This document shows positions 41,176 through 54,005 of a stretch of 64,000 bases of DNA, in pieces; position 1 is the stretch's first letter; each line of letters starts with the position of its first letter. A program made the translations under genes and the position numbers. Under the pieces are notes generated by a model. It ran no database searches and was not told the DNA's origin. It was given only the letters and a program-made list of their open reading frames with translations. The DNA is taken from positions 680,156 to 744,155 of the forward strand of contig JAAOMT010000523.1 of the NCBI GenBank assembly GCA_016748015.1, in the 5' to 3' direction. The stretch comes from Geosiphon pyriformis uo1 (Eukaryota; Fungi; Glomeromycota).

Positions 41176-42554
41176 TTTTTTTTTTTATTACAAATTTTAT
41201 AAATGAAGTCCAACCACTATCTAATACATAGAACTAAACTAAGTAAAACCAACTAAACACAGCTTATGCACAAACTACATGTAATCAGCCACTCAAGCCA
41301 GACAAGGCAACACTATACACCTATAGTAACAAAAGCATCACCACCCAAACCAGAGAAAAAATGACACAATTTGCGCCTACCAAACTTAACAGCAAAAGAT
41401 TTTATAACACCAAGCATGTAAACAACACTAGCCGACAACATAGAAACTACACTGCTGAACAAGCCAGAAATCACACTATTATCCCCAACCAAACCAGTTT
41501 TTTCCATCTCTGCTCTATGCATGGTCCTAACAATCCATATTCAAGTATACTACAACTTTACCACAAATTTGATGTATTCTACTAAGGTCTGAGTAGTTTT
41601 TTTTTTCCCCTCAAAAACTGAAACAGCTTCAGCATACCAATCTCTCATTACAAAATCCTTGCATACTGCTGTATAAAAACTCATATTTGAAGAACATAAC
41701 GAGAGTGAGAGCAAAATAGCAGACAGAGATGAATTCAAAAGATCAGACATCAACATCTATTTTTTAGCAGCTTTAGCCAAAATGTCCCCATGGAGACCAA
41801 AGTCATCAGAATAAGTGAAAACATGATTAAAGAACTCCACCTTATCACACAGCAAACACAAAACACCAGAATAACTTCTGCTATACAATTTTTTTTTAAC
41901 TGCAATTGGCAGCTACCTATATACAGCCTTCATTAAATACATGCATAAATTGGCTGACTTCCTACTGGTGAATTCAGAAAGTATGTGTGAATCAGGATGC
42001 CAAATTGCTGCAGTAGCATCCCAATCTATTTTTTTAATCATAACATTTGGAACTATATCAAAATCCAGACCAGCCTCCCAATAAGCACAGTATATTAACT
42101 GGTGTAAGTCCTGAGCAAAATGACAAACATTGCCAGATATGGTAGTTTTTTTAGTGACTAGAAACCTCTCCTGGATATTAACTGGCAAAGAAAAAGACGA
42201 GAAAGTAGCCTCATTAGCCAGCATGTCAGCTCTTATATTGCCCAATACATCCAAATGTTCTTTAACCTTTACCCACTTAATTGAAATATTTTTGTTTTTA
42301 AGGAGATTAACAATTTGCAATCTTTTGATCCAATATTGGTTATGGAAGTTAGGTGTAGTCAAAGAAGCCTCAAAAATACAGGCATCAATTGCAGATTAAC
42401 TATCCAAGTACAAAACCACTAAGCAAGAGAATGGAACACACTCCAAGACCAACACTATAGCTTGCAGTCCAGCTAAAGTAAAGGACAAAAATCCAGCAAC
42501 CTTAACTCCAATGCCTGCATTTGCAGCCAGAAAGTATGCAGCTGCCCTACCTGC
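41176..42554 (-). mobile_element. LINE 3' part (RNase H, CCHC, 3'UTR, poly(A)); same element as 43421-44533, 53623-54005 and 60216-60503
   Basis: AGRAAAYF..LQAIVLVLE..WVKVKEH..GNIRADMLA; T11 at 41176-41186. Confidence 0.88.
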
Positions 42555-43420
42555 TGTTACGGGATGGTTTTCTTGTTATATTTAATTGCTGATATCCCGC
42601 TTTAATTGCAATCAGTCTTTCATGAGTTCCTCAATTCTATTTGTGTAATAATGTCACTGTTATACTGAAGGCTTTCTTTTTATTGTTGCGATGTAAGTTA
42701 TTCTTTAATTCTTGATTGTTGTGTGTGTTTATGTACTCCTTCTCAGAGGCTGAACTGAAATCTACCCACTGTCTGGGGTCTTCTCTGAGGCTATCCTTGC
42801 AATTGCCTGATGTGTTTCTCTAATCTAGAAACACAGAATGTTAATGGTCTTTAGCGCTTTTTTAATTCTCACAATAAAGCTTTTATCAATTAGTAACAAT
42901 GTGAATAATCTTGATCAAGAATTATTCTTCCAAGGGATTCAGTTGATGAATGATAGTTTCATTCAATAAATAATACAAGTAAGTTTCTTAATACTTTGGG
43001 TTGTGATAGTTCAGTTTTAAATATTCTTTTTCATTTCTTTTTGATTTTAAAGGTTTCTTGGGATATTTAATTTGAAAGTATGATTTAAAGTGGAGTTTGT
43101 TGGATAAAATTGGATCTATTGCTTGATAAGTTATGATTTTTATTACTTGATTGATTCTTTCCCAATATTAAAACTACTGTATATATACATGTTTGTAGTT
43201 CTACGAGAAAATACTTTCTTTTTGATATTTCAACCTAGTGCTTGCTGCTATCACCAGTTGGTGTTGGCTGCTATTGTGAACTGGTGCTTGCCACTATCAC
43301 GAGATGGTGTTTGCTACTATGTTAATCATTACCTTTCTAAGATTATTACTGTGCTATATTATGATTGAATAGTTTGTATTATTTTTATGATTCTTTTTGC
43401 TAAATTCTTAAACCGTAACA
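42555..43420 (-). repeat. Family B LTR in inverted orientation with non-matching flanks
   Basis: Reverse complement of 13902-14768; flanks CTGC and GCAT. Confidence 0.95.
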
Positions 43421-44533
43421 GCATCTACATAGTATATTTTGAATATTGCAAGTGAATTTTTTGTGATCAATGACATCTTAATTAATAATGATAAGATAGT
43501 AGTGATTTCTATCAATCAAGAGGTTAGGAATGCTTCACTATTAATTAATAGATCGCCAATTTTAATTGCTAAAAAGGGTAAGTTACACCAATATTTGGGT
43601 ATCTTTCTGTCAACTGAGAGTTTTTTTAAGCCCAGTTTGGCTCAAGCCCATAAGGATGTCAGGTTTTTTTCTAATATAGTATTAAGAAAAGCTATTATAG
43701 ACAAGCAATCCTGTTATTTGGTTTTGGCAGTTTTGCAACTCATTGTTAGCTATTGTATACAGTTCAGTTTTGTTGCTTTAGATGTGTGTTATAAGTGAGA
43801 TATTATAATTAGAAAAGGTCTTAGAGCCAAAGTTGGTTTACTATATGACTTCTCCAGTAAGGTCTTGCATTACTCTTCTTTATATGGTTTAAAGCTCTTT
43901 AAGCAAGTGCAGTCTGAAAGAAAACTGGTGTCACTAATTTTATTTTCTAATGGCCATGGCATTTTTGAACATTTATTTAATCATAGATTTTTGGATTTGC
44001 AAGTTCTGGGATGGTCTCTTTTGAATCCTTTGCAGTTTTCTGTTAAGTTGCGTGTTAGTCTTATTAACAATTTTTTGGCAGAGGTGGTAAAGATTTTTTT
44101 GGAGAATGAGTTATCTTTAGCAAACAATTTACCTTGTGCCTTTTATGGGTCTGGCAATTTCCTGATGTCTGGCATTCTGAGTCAGTCTTTGTATTACAAA
44201 TCCATTTTTTCATTGAAGCATTTTGGTGTTGCTTTTAGTGACAGACTTCTTGACAAAAAAGAAAAGATGATAGACTGGAAACATTTTGGCATTGGAAGTG
44301 ATTGAATCCAAGGGGTTCTGTGTCTTACTGGTTTTCTTTGACATCTGATTTTATGAACAATTATATTTCTTTAGGGGTCAGAGCTGCTGCTGCTACTAAG
44401 GAGAATGTATTGAGTGTTTTGGATTCTGATAAGTTCTTTGAAATTCATAATAGTCTACTGGAGGTATGATCTGATTGTATTGAGGTTTATACAGATGGAT
44501 CCTTGAGATGTGCTGGTTCTGTTGGGGTGGCGG
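43421..44533 (+). mobile_element. Middle segment of the LINE (RT C-terminus to RNase H start), inverted relative to the rest
   Basis: AST*YILNIASEFF..HQYLGIFL..VYTDGSLRCAGSVGVA. Confidence 0.88.
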
Positions 44534-45032
44534 TGTTACGGTTTAAGAATTTAGCAAAAAGAATCATAAAAATAATACAAACTATTTAATCATAATATAG
44601 CACAGTAATAATCTTAAAAAGGTAATGATTAACATAGTAGCAAACACCATCTCGCAATAGTGGCAAGCACCAGTTCACAATAGCAGCCAACACCAACTGG
44701 TGATAGCAGCAAGCACCAGGTTGAAATATCAAAAAGAAAGTATTTTCTTGTAAAACTACAAACATGTATATATACAGTAGTTTTAATATTGGGCAAGAAT
44801 CAATCAAGTAATAAAAATCATAACTTATCAAGCAATAGATCCAATTTTATCCAACAAACTCTACTTTAAATCATACTTTCAAATTAAATATCCCAAGAAA
44901 TCTTTAAAATCAAAAAGAAATGAAAAAGAATATTTAAAACTGAACTNNNNNNNNNNNNNNNNNNNNAGAAAAGAAAATCAAAAAGGAAATAATAATTAGC
45001 AATAATTCATTGCTAAAAAGGAAAAGACAAAA

Positions 45033-48000
45033 GTGGTGACAAAAACCCCTAATCTTACTGTTTTTGAATTCTGCCGTGCTATTTACACACAAAATCAAAG
45101 TGATCTTAGATTACCAGAAGGGTGTTGTCCAGCAGAATCTGTCCTCACTTATTATATCAATGCCAGAATAAATTATCATATAGGAAAGGAAGAAGAACCA
45201 CACGACGCAAAACTTGGATTGTATAGAGAATTATCACAATACACTACAAAAGAAGTAGCAGTAATAGCCGCAACTATTGTTAAAATCTATCGAGAAATTG
45301 AGCAATACACCAACGAAAATTTTCCAATATCCACAGGAAACACTAGGGAATGCGCCAACAAAACCAAAGAAAATTTAGAAACTAATCAAGAAAGTAACCA
45401 GCAAAAACTAGAAACACCAGCTCAAACGCCAAAGAAAACTGTCACTCAATCAATAAAGAAACAACATATTTATTCACCAGAAGATAAATCNNNNNNNNNN
45501 NNNNNNNNNNAAATATCCCAAGAAATCTTTAAAATCAAAAAGAAATGAAAAAGAATATTTAAAACTGAACTATCACAACCCAAAGTATTAAGAAACTTAC
45601 TTGTATTATTTATTGAATGAAACTATCATTCATCAACTGAATCCCTTGGAAGAATAATTCTTGATTAAGATTATTCACGTTGTTACTAATTGATAAAAGC
45701 TTTATTGTGAGAATTAGAAAAGCGCTAAAGACCATTAACATTCTGTGTTTCTAGATTAGAGAAACACATCAGGCAATTGCAAGGATAGCCTCAAAGAAGA
45801 CCCCAGACAGTGGGTAGATTTCAGTTCAGCCTCTGAGAAGGAGTACATAAACACACACAACAATCAAGAATTAAAGAATAACTTACATCGCAACAGTAAA
45901 AAGAAAGCCTTCAGTGTAACAGTGACATTATCACACAAATAGAATTGAGGAACTCATGAAAGACTGATTGCAATTAAAGCGGGATATCAGCAATTAAATA
46001 TAACAAGAAAACCATCCCGTAACATNNNNNNNNNNNNNNNNNNNNGAAAGTAACCAGCAAAAACTAGAAACACCAGCTCAAACGCCAAAGAAAACTGTCA
46101 CTCAATCAATAAAGAAACAACGTATTTATTCACCAGAAGATAAATCATACCATTTTTCACTAGAAAATAAGATACAAATTCCATTAGGAGCTGCATCATC
46201 ATCAACATCAACTCCACAAATGCCAAAAACTCCTAGTTATATTGATAAAATTAAACAACGTAACTGGGGAGACATACCAATTACAGGAGGATATTCATCA
46301 CTATTCCAAAACCCTCTTTTTCAGCCAAAATTTTAGAACAGAGTTTGAAAACCGTGAAGAGGAGTCTGAATCAGAATCCGAAAAAGAGACCAGCAAAAAA
46401 ACAATCACAAGACCAGTTACTGGAACAAGCAGCCAGTCCAAAAACCAAGAAACTCGTGATCAAGAAGAAGAACCGGATATAAGGGAAGCCACCTTTAGGA
46501 ACACTCAAGGAAATATCATCCCACGTCCTCTTAGACCAATAAACCCACCAGCAGAAAACAGCAACGAAATAACCACACCATACATTGCAAAACTAACAGA
46601 TTTCTCAGGAAAGGAAGAAGAAACGGATGTGCACACATGGCTCAGAGAAGCACAAAAAGCCATCCAGGCAAATAACTGGAATGACCAAAGAGCAATTCAA
46701 ACATTACCTTTCTTCCTGAAAGGCACAGCCGACTCATGGTATCAAAGCCTGGAAACAAAACCCACGAGCTTCGCCGAATTTAAAAATGCACTCCTGGAGT
46801 ATTTTAGCGACCCAAACGCCGTAATCCAACTACAGAACAAATTCAATACTATCAAGCAAAATACCGGTGAAACTGTTACCCAATACCTTGCTCGATTCAA
46901 TCGAATTTGCCATCAGATTGAAGCGATTGAACAAGGATACTACACTGATCCTCAGGTTTTAAATCAGTTTATTAGAGGATTAAAAAGCAGCATTTTAGGA
47001 AGAGTACGCCCTGCCCACCCTAATTCCTTACCAGAAGCCATTATGCTCGCCAGAGCCCTTGAATCGGCTAAGAAAGAAGCTAACCATAGTCAAATGGTTA
47101 ACATGGTAATGGAGGAAAATAAGACAGAAACATTAGAGAAAAGAGTAACGCGATTAGGAGAAGAACTCTCTAAGAAAATAGAAAGTTACCTCATCCCGGA
47201 TCCGAGAAAAAATACATACCAACCACCCCAAAGACGCAGCCAGGAAGTCAGCGACAGTCGAAATAATCACCTGTCGCGCCAGGAATTTAGAACAGAAACA
47301 CGCGCCTGCCATTTTTGCAAACGCGTAGGACATTTGATTAGTCAATGTCGAACGCGAATGATGCAGAAAGCATGCAAAAATAATTACTACACGCCACCCC
47401 AAATGCCCAGAAACCAGTACACACCAATACCATGCCAATATCCCACCACGTATTAAAATCAAGGAGCTTACCAGCAACAGCCCATGATAGCCAACCTGAA
47501 TTAGCGTTCCGAGGCCCGAAATCAGCCCATGTGGAACCAGAACGCGTTGGTCCAGAGGAATCCAAACCGTGCTGGAACCAATCAGCAAACCAATCCAAAC
47601 TACCAAAATTATCAACAAACTTACTTTAATATACTGGAAAACCTGATCATTGGAAACAATGATGGTAGAAACATAAACAGAACCAAGAATTCCTCCAAAT
47701 TGAGCCAGACAATACCACCAGCAGTTGCCACCNNNNNNNNNNNNNNNNNNNNNNNNNGCATAGTAATACCTACAAAAGTATTAGTAATGGACGCTACACA
47801 ATATCAAGCGTTAGTAGGGAATGACTGGCTAACAAAAGCCAACGCCACCCTAGACTGGACCACCCAAGAGCTTCTGATCAATTATAATGGCCACCAGGCC
47901 AAAATTCCAGCCACCTGTGGCCACTTCCAAAAACCCAGCACCAACCAAAGACCTACCTTCGAATTTGAGGAAAATCCAGCACTACCAGCCATTGAAACCT

Positions 48001-51000
48001 ATCAGCTCTCTTAGGCTGATGACCAAAGAACAGGACTACCAGCCGTACCAACGTGGACCAGCGAAGAAAGATCTGAATAGAACCAGGTAAGTTCACGAAG
48101 AAACCACCAGTGACGCAGACCAAAGCTAGAATGCTCGGTTTGCAAGAAGAAACTCTCGTCTATGACTGCGTGCAGCACACCGGACGAAGACCCAAGAAAT
48201 CCCACTCACTACTATTGTAACCGTTGTAACAAAGAAAAATACGGTTACCCAGAAAGACACGGAAAATGGGACGAGGAACCATGCCTCACTTGTGGAGAAC
48301 CGTTACCAAGAGAGTGCGACTAGAACGACTTACCAGGCAGAGGAGGAACGTGTGACGCAACTTGCCAATACACGATCCTCATCTGTGACTGGGTAAGAGG
48401 AGGAACGCCGTTCGAAGCAGCGTTCAACAGAGCGTTAAAAAGACTACAGCACTACCCACACGACGAGGACGAGTTGTACAACACCACACAAGCCAAAGTA
48501 AGAGGAGGAACCGCCAAAGAAATACGACGTTGGAAAGAGTCAGCCGAAGTAGCCGACGAAGTTGCCAGCTACAACATGTTCGACCCAGTGGACGAATTCC
48601 AGGACTACTACCAACAACTATGCCCCACTCGACAAGAGCAAAAACAATACCTCGTCCAAATTAACACTTATCTCTGCGAAAACTGTCTCATCCCGTGCCA
48701 AAGTCAGTGCTGTGAAGAGTGTCAAGACGAAAGGGACTTAGAAAGAAAAATGGAAATTGAGAATCAGCAGTCTCAAAATCAATCAATAAATCAACAAGAC
48801 TCACCTGACGGTCCCAAGTCAGAAAAATTTGTAGCCTATACCGACCTAGAACAGGTGACCGACATCTGATACTTCGACAACGGGCACTTAGGAATAATAC
48901 CTGAAAGAGCCCATCCAACTGATGCCGGATTCGATCTACGTTATCCAGAAGACCAATCCACAATGTTACCACCCAGGAGCATCACCAAAATCGACCTAAA
49001 AATAGCGGTTGAAATTCCGCCAGGAATAATGGTTCAAATGGCGTCATGATCAAGTCTTGCGAAAAAAAGGAATAAGCATTCAAGGAGGAGTAATTAACTC
49101 TGGATACACTGGAAATTTGATGGTTTTGCTACAGAATAATTCAGAAAAGTCTTATACCATTGAATCTAAGAAAAAGATTGCACAAGCAATTTTCCTACCA
49201 TTGGTAAAAATTGGGAAATTCGTGTCAGTGAAAAATCGTGAGGAATTGTCACAAACAACGAGAGGAACTTTTGGTTTCGGATCGACAGGAAAAGGAATTG
49301 AAGCGAATTTCACTGAAACAATAGGGGAAAAAGGCAAAGTAATTAAAAATGAGCAGTTCATCATGCTCCTACTATATGGAAAATCAGAAATAAGAATAAA
49401 AAGGACAATTAAAGAAAAAGACCTAATATTTGAGCCCTACCCAGAAACTTGCCAACAGTTTCTCATAGGACTTACTAACCTTTTTATTCCAGTTGATAAA
49501 GCTCAATAGATAAAAATTTCTATCGCAAACACCACAGAAGAACCCGTCTACATTCCGGAAGATACCATCATTGGATACCTCGGAACGGAGCTAGAAAACG
49601 TGTCAACACCACAAGAAATTCTAAATTTCCCAGAAATCACCCTCTACTGTGAACTCACTTCAATAAATTGGCAACAACTGGTAGAATGCTATCAATTTAC
49701 GCCAGAAAAATTGGCCAAATTAAACATTAGAACAATGGATCCCGACCAACAGTGACAATTAAAAGCATTAATTTTAAAATACTCTGATATATTTTCAAGA
49801 AATGGCGAATTTGGAAGAACCAACTTGGTTCAACACCAAATCCCCACTGGAGATGCCAGACCTGAAAAACAACGCGCTTACCGTGTCCCACCAATGGAGC
49901 ATAATTTTATCAGAGAAGAAGTCCAAAGCATGTTGGAAAAAGGAATAATACAACCATCAATGAGCCCATGGTCCTCACCAGTTGTTTTAGTAAGGAAAAA
50001 GAACGGAAAAATTAGATTTTGCGTCGACTATCGCAAACTAAACAGCAAAACAACCAAAGACTCATACCCAATACCGTTAATTGACGAAATCTTCGATGTT
50101 TTTGGAGGAGCAAAATGGTTTTCTATACTGGACTTGACCAGTGGGTACTAACAAGTAGAAATGGACCCAAAGGACAGGCATAAAACAGCATTGACAACAC
50201 AAAATGGCAATTATGAGTTCAATGTAATGCCATTTGGATTAACAAACACTCCCGCAACATTCCAAAGACTAATGGACGTAATTTACTCCGGAATCCTGTG
50301 GCAATCTATTATTGTCTACTTGGATGATACAAATGTTTTCTCGTCAAAATTCATGGATCATCTCCAATATTTACAACAAGTTTTTGAGAGATTGAGACAC
50401 GCTGGACTTAAACTAAATCTAGAAAAATGTTTCTTTGGGAAAAATGAGCTAGCATTTTTAGGACACGTAGTTGGAAAAGATGGAATAAAACCAGATCCAT
50501 CAAAAATAGACAAAGTGAAAAATTTTCCAGTACCTCGAAACGTCTCAGAAGTTAGAAGCTTTTTAGGACTCGCATTTTACTACCACTGCTTTGTAGAAAA
50601 CTTTTCAAACATCACCAAACTCCTTAATTACCTACTATCTAAAAATGTGAAGTTTGAATAGACTGAAGCACAACAAAAAGCTTTTGAGTACCTTAGACAA
50701 AAGCTCATTGAATCACCAATAATAATCTATCCGAATTTCAACAAGAAATTCATTTTGGCCACAGATGCCTCTGGAACTGGACTTGGAGCCATTCTGTCAC
50801 AAAAAGATGATAATGGAAGAGAACGTGTAATTGCTTATGCCAGCAGAAATCTCAGTACGGCAGAACAAAACTATGCAGCACATGAACTTGAATGCTTAGC
50901 AGTAGTCTGGAGTTGTGTTCACTTTGACACATATTTACGGTACCAACCCTTTGAGATTATGACAGATCATAGAGGTCTGGTCTGGTTAAATAACAAGAAA

Positions 51001-51123
51001 GCGCTAAAAGGAAAATACGCCAGATGGTCACAAACATTAGCACCATACGATTATATTATCAAATACAAAGAAAGTACCAAAAATGCTAATGCCAACTGTT
51101 TGTCAAGAATGAGACACACATAA
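45033..51123 (+). pseudogene. gag-PR-Cys-rich-dUTPase-RT-RNaseH polyprotein, family B (some stops, gaps)
   Basis: ORFs 45033, 46242, 47529, 48474, 49057, 49825, 50161 and 50755; ends ANANCLSRMRHT*. Confidence 0.92.
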
Positions 51124-51152
51124 AAATCACCAACCCACCCGTCACAACAACA

Positions 51153-52381
51153 ATGAACAACCACCTTTACAAAAACCTCAGCCAATACTTGGAAACACTA
51201 CAAATAGACGAAGAAATGCCAGTAAAAGAGCTAATTAAGCTCCAAAAATTAGCAAAACACTATTTCATCCAAAATCACATATTTTATTACCAGAATCGAC
51301 AAAATCCAGATAATCCATTAAGAGTTATAACCACGGATGAAAAAGAAACTATCTTATTTAACATGCACTCAGATATTCATTCAGGCCACTTTGGAAAAAC
51401 AGCAACCATCCAACGTGCAACTAGCCATTACTATTGGCCAAAAATGAGCTCAGACATAATCCAATACATAAGAAATTGTGACCCATGCCAACAAAGAGGA
51501 GGAGCAAAAACAATGGAATTATTAAGACCAATAAAAGTTGGACAGCCATTTGACAGAATCGGAATTGATTTAGTTGGACTCTTAACAATAACAACAAGAA
51601 ACAACCGTTATATTGCAGTAGCCATGGACTATCTCACCAAATGGCCAGAAGCTAGAGCTATTAAAACAGCTGATGCTATTTCCGTAGCTCAATTCGTACA
51701 TGAAGACTTAATTTNNNNNNNNNNNNNNNNNNNNNNNNNNNNNNNNNNNNNNNNNNNNNNNNNNNNNNNNNNNNNNNNNNNNCAGCAGTACTACTAGCAT
51801 ATAGAACAGTAAAACAAGATACTACACAATTCACACCGTTCGAACTAGTTTATGGAAGAAAAGCCACATTACCCATTGAACTTACTATTCCAACTTATCC
51901 AAGTGACACTATCACGGAAGCAACATTCCAGGAAACACTACTTAGAAGAACATACGAATTAATGGGAACTTTAGAAAACAAAAGAAGAAAAGCAGCACAA
52001 AATATTGAACAATCACAAAAACAACAAAAAGTGAGACATAATAACCAGTTACCAGATAATATAATTAGCTACAAAATTGGAGATAAAGTATTGTTGCATC
52101 GTACAAAAATGGAAAAACAGTGGAGTGGAAAATTTGATCACAAGTGGGATGGACCATTTTATATTCACAAAATACTTGGAAATGGAGCATACAAGCTAAG
52201 ACTAGATGATAAAATATTAAGAAAAGCAGCACATGATAACCGGCTGAAATTCTATTACAGTAAACCAGTAATAACAACAAAAACACCCAGAATTGGAACA
52301 CAATTACCTTTAATTCTACCAGAACAAATTCCACGAGATTTAGAACCAATAGTTTTAATTGAACATTATTCAAAAAGATAA
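51153..52381 (+). CDS. Integrase in a separate ORF (HHCC, catalytic core, GPY/F-type C-terminus; gap inside)
   Basis: Own ATG; HSDIHSGH..CDPC, RIGIDLVG, DYLTKWPEA, KWDGPFYIHKILGNGAYKL. Confidence 0.88.
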
Positions 52382-52465
52382 TTAATCTTAGATCATGACA
52401 AAAATGATTTAACAACCATAAAAATGCATACAAAAGATTCCAAAATAGCAGTCAAAATTAAAACA

Positions 52466-53111
52466 ATGATACTTATTCCAGAAAACATCAACAATATAAC
52501 TCAACAATTAGTTGAAAGCTTACAACAATTAAAATCCGATCTGGAAATCACAGTTAATAGCTCCAAAATAACATACATAAAAAGAACAATAGAAAATCCA
52601 AAAACAAGAAAAGAACATAATTTTGAACCATATAATATTGCCAAATATAACAACAAATTTATCAGCAAAGTTATTGAAAAATTAGAGATAGCATTGGGCA
52701 ATACATTAATAATGAAAAAAATAGAAATAAGTGAATTAACACCAGACACATTTAGCAACTTGAAAACGAAATTTCCAATTAATTACTGTTATTATCAACT
52801 AGGAAAGCACTTAAACATACAAACATTATACTCAAAAGACTCAACTAGAGTGTTTGACAAAACAACTATCCAACTATTAGAACCTTTCATTGGAAAAACC
52901 AACACTACATTCCATTCAAAAACAGTTTACAGAATTTTCAAAGCATTTGAAAACTGTCACAAATTATTGTTGGACCCAACCATAAACATAATAACAACCA
53001 ACAGTATTGGACGACTTACCACCTCGCAATTTCAAGAATTACAACAACAAATTAATCACACAGTATTGAACCACTATAGTAACTTAGAATTTAATGAAGA
53101 AATTAACTTCG
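52466..53111 (+). CDS. ORF3 accessory protein, family B (3' end in gap; alternative ATG at 52424)
   Basis: Open for over 210 codons; distant homolog of family A ORF3. Confidence 0.75.
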
Positions 53112-53622
53112 NNNNNNNNNNNNNNNNNNNNNNNNNNNNNNNNNNNNNNNNNNNNNNNNNNNNNNNNNNNNNNNNNNNNNAAGTATTAAGAAACTTACTT
53201 GTATTATTTATTGAATGAAACTATCATTCATCAACTGAATCTCTTGGAAGAATAATTCTTGATCAAGATTATTCACATTGTTACTAATTGATAAAAGCTT
53301 TATTGTGAGAATTAAAAAAGCACTAAAGACCATTAACATTCTGTGTTTCTAGATTAGAGAAACACATCAGGCAATTGCAAGAATAGCCTCAGAGAAGACC
53401 CCAAACAGTGGGTAGATTTCAGTTCAGCCTCTGAGAAAGAGTACATAAACACACACAACAATTAAGAATTAAAGAATAACTTACATCGCAACAGTAAAAA
53501 GAAAGCCTTCAGTGTAACAGTAACATTATCACACAAATAGAATTGAGGAACTCACGAAAGACTGATTGCAATTAAAGCGGGATATTAGCAATTAAATATA
53601 ACAAGAAAACCATCCCGTAACA

Positions 53623-54005
53623 ATGCCTAATTACTTCTGACCCAAATTATATCATCAACAAAAGTGCCTGTAGCCAAAAAAGAGGTTTTTTTTCCACTTG
53701 CCTCAATCCTGTCAGACTTTGCTACAAACTTAGAATCAATCCTATACCTACATAATTGCTTATGATTTTTCACTTTACACAAAAATAGATCATAAAATAT
53801 TCTCCAAAGCAGTAGGAAAAAGATCTCCTCTTAATCTAACCTATTATGTACTCTATAACCATCCGAGAGCCCAAAGTCAGTCATTACCCTGTTGATCCAG
53901 TCTTCATGAATGTTGCCAAAAAATTGGATGAAACATCTACACATTTTAATGCAATGCAAGCTTACATGTAAATAATGCCAATTTACTGAATCATAATCTT
54001 TGCAC
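53623..54005 (-). mobile_element. LINE RT segment
   Basis: KDYDSVNW...RIFYD...TFVDDIIWV. Confidence 0.88.

Larger units (their letters stand above)
44534..53622 (+). mobile_element. Ty3/Gypsy LTR retrotransposon, family B; youngest-looking, near-complete, with assembly gaps
   Basis: Family B LTR segments at both ends; gag with CHFCKRVGHLISQC knuckle, PR, Cys-rich domain, dUTPase (GTFGFGSTG), RT (YLDD at 50317), RNase H (TDASG, ELECLAV, TDH), integrase, ORF3. Confidence 0.95.

Noticed and set aside
44947-46150. Apparent third LTR and duplicated gag segment inside the family B element
   Set aside because: Each piece is bounded by N gaps and overlaps its neighbours; best explained as misordered scaffold fragments
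49055-49075. Possible programmed frameshift in dUTPase
   Set aside because: One extra A in a homopolymer; family C is in frame at the same position
51153-52381. Integrase ORF as an independent Ginger-type DNA transposon, or as a chromodomain integrase
   Set aside because: Same position inside LTR elements in three copies, no TIRs, and no chromodomain after the GPY/F module
52424-53111. ORF3 as an env gene
   Set aside because: Too short; no signal peptide, TM anchor or cleavage site visible
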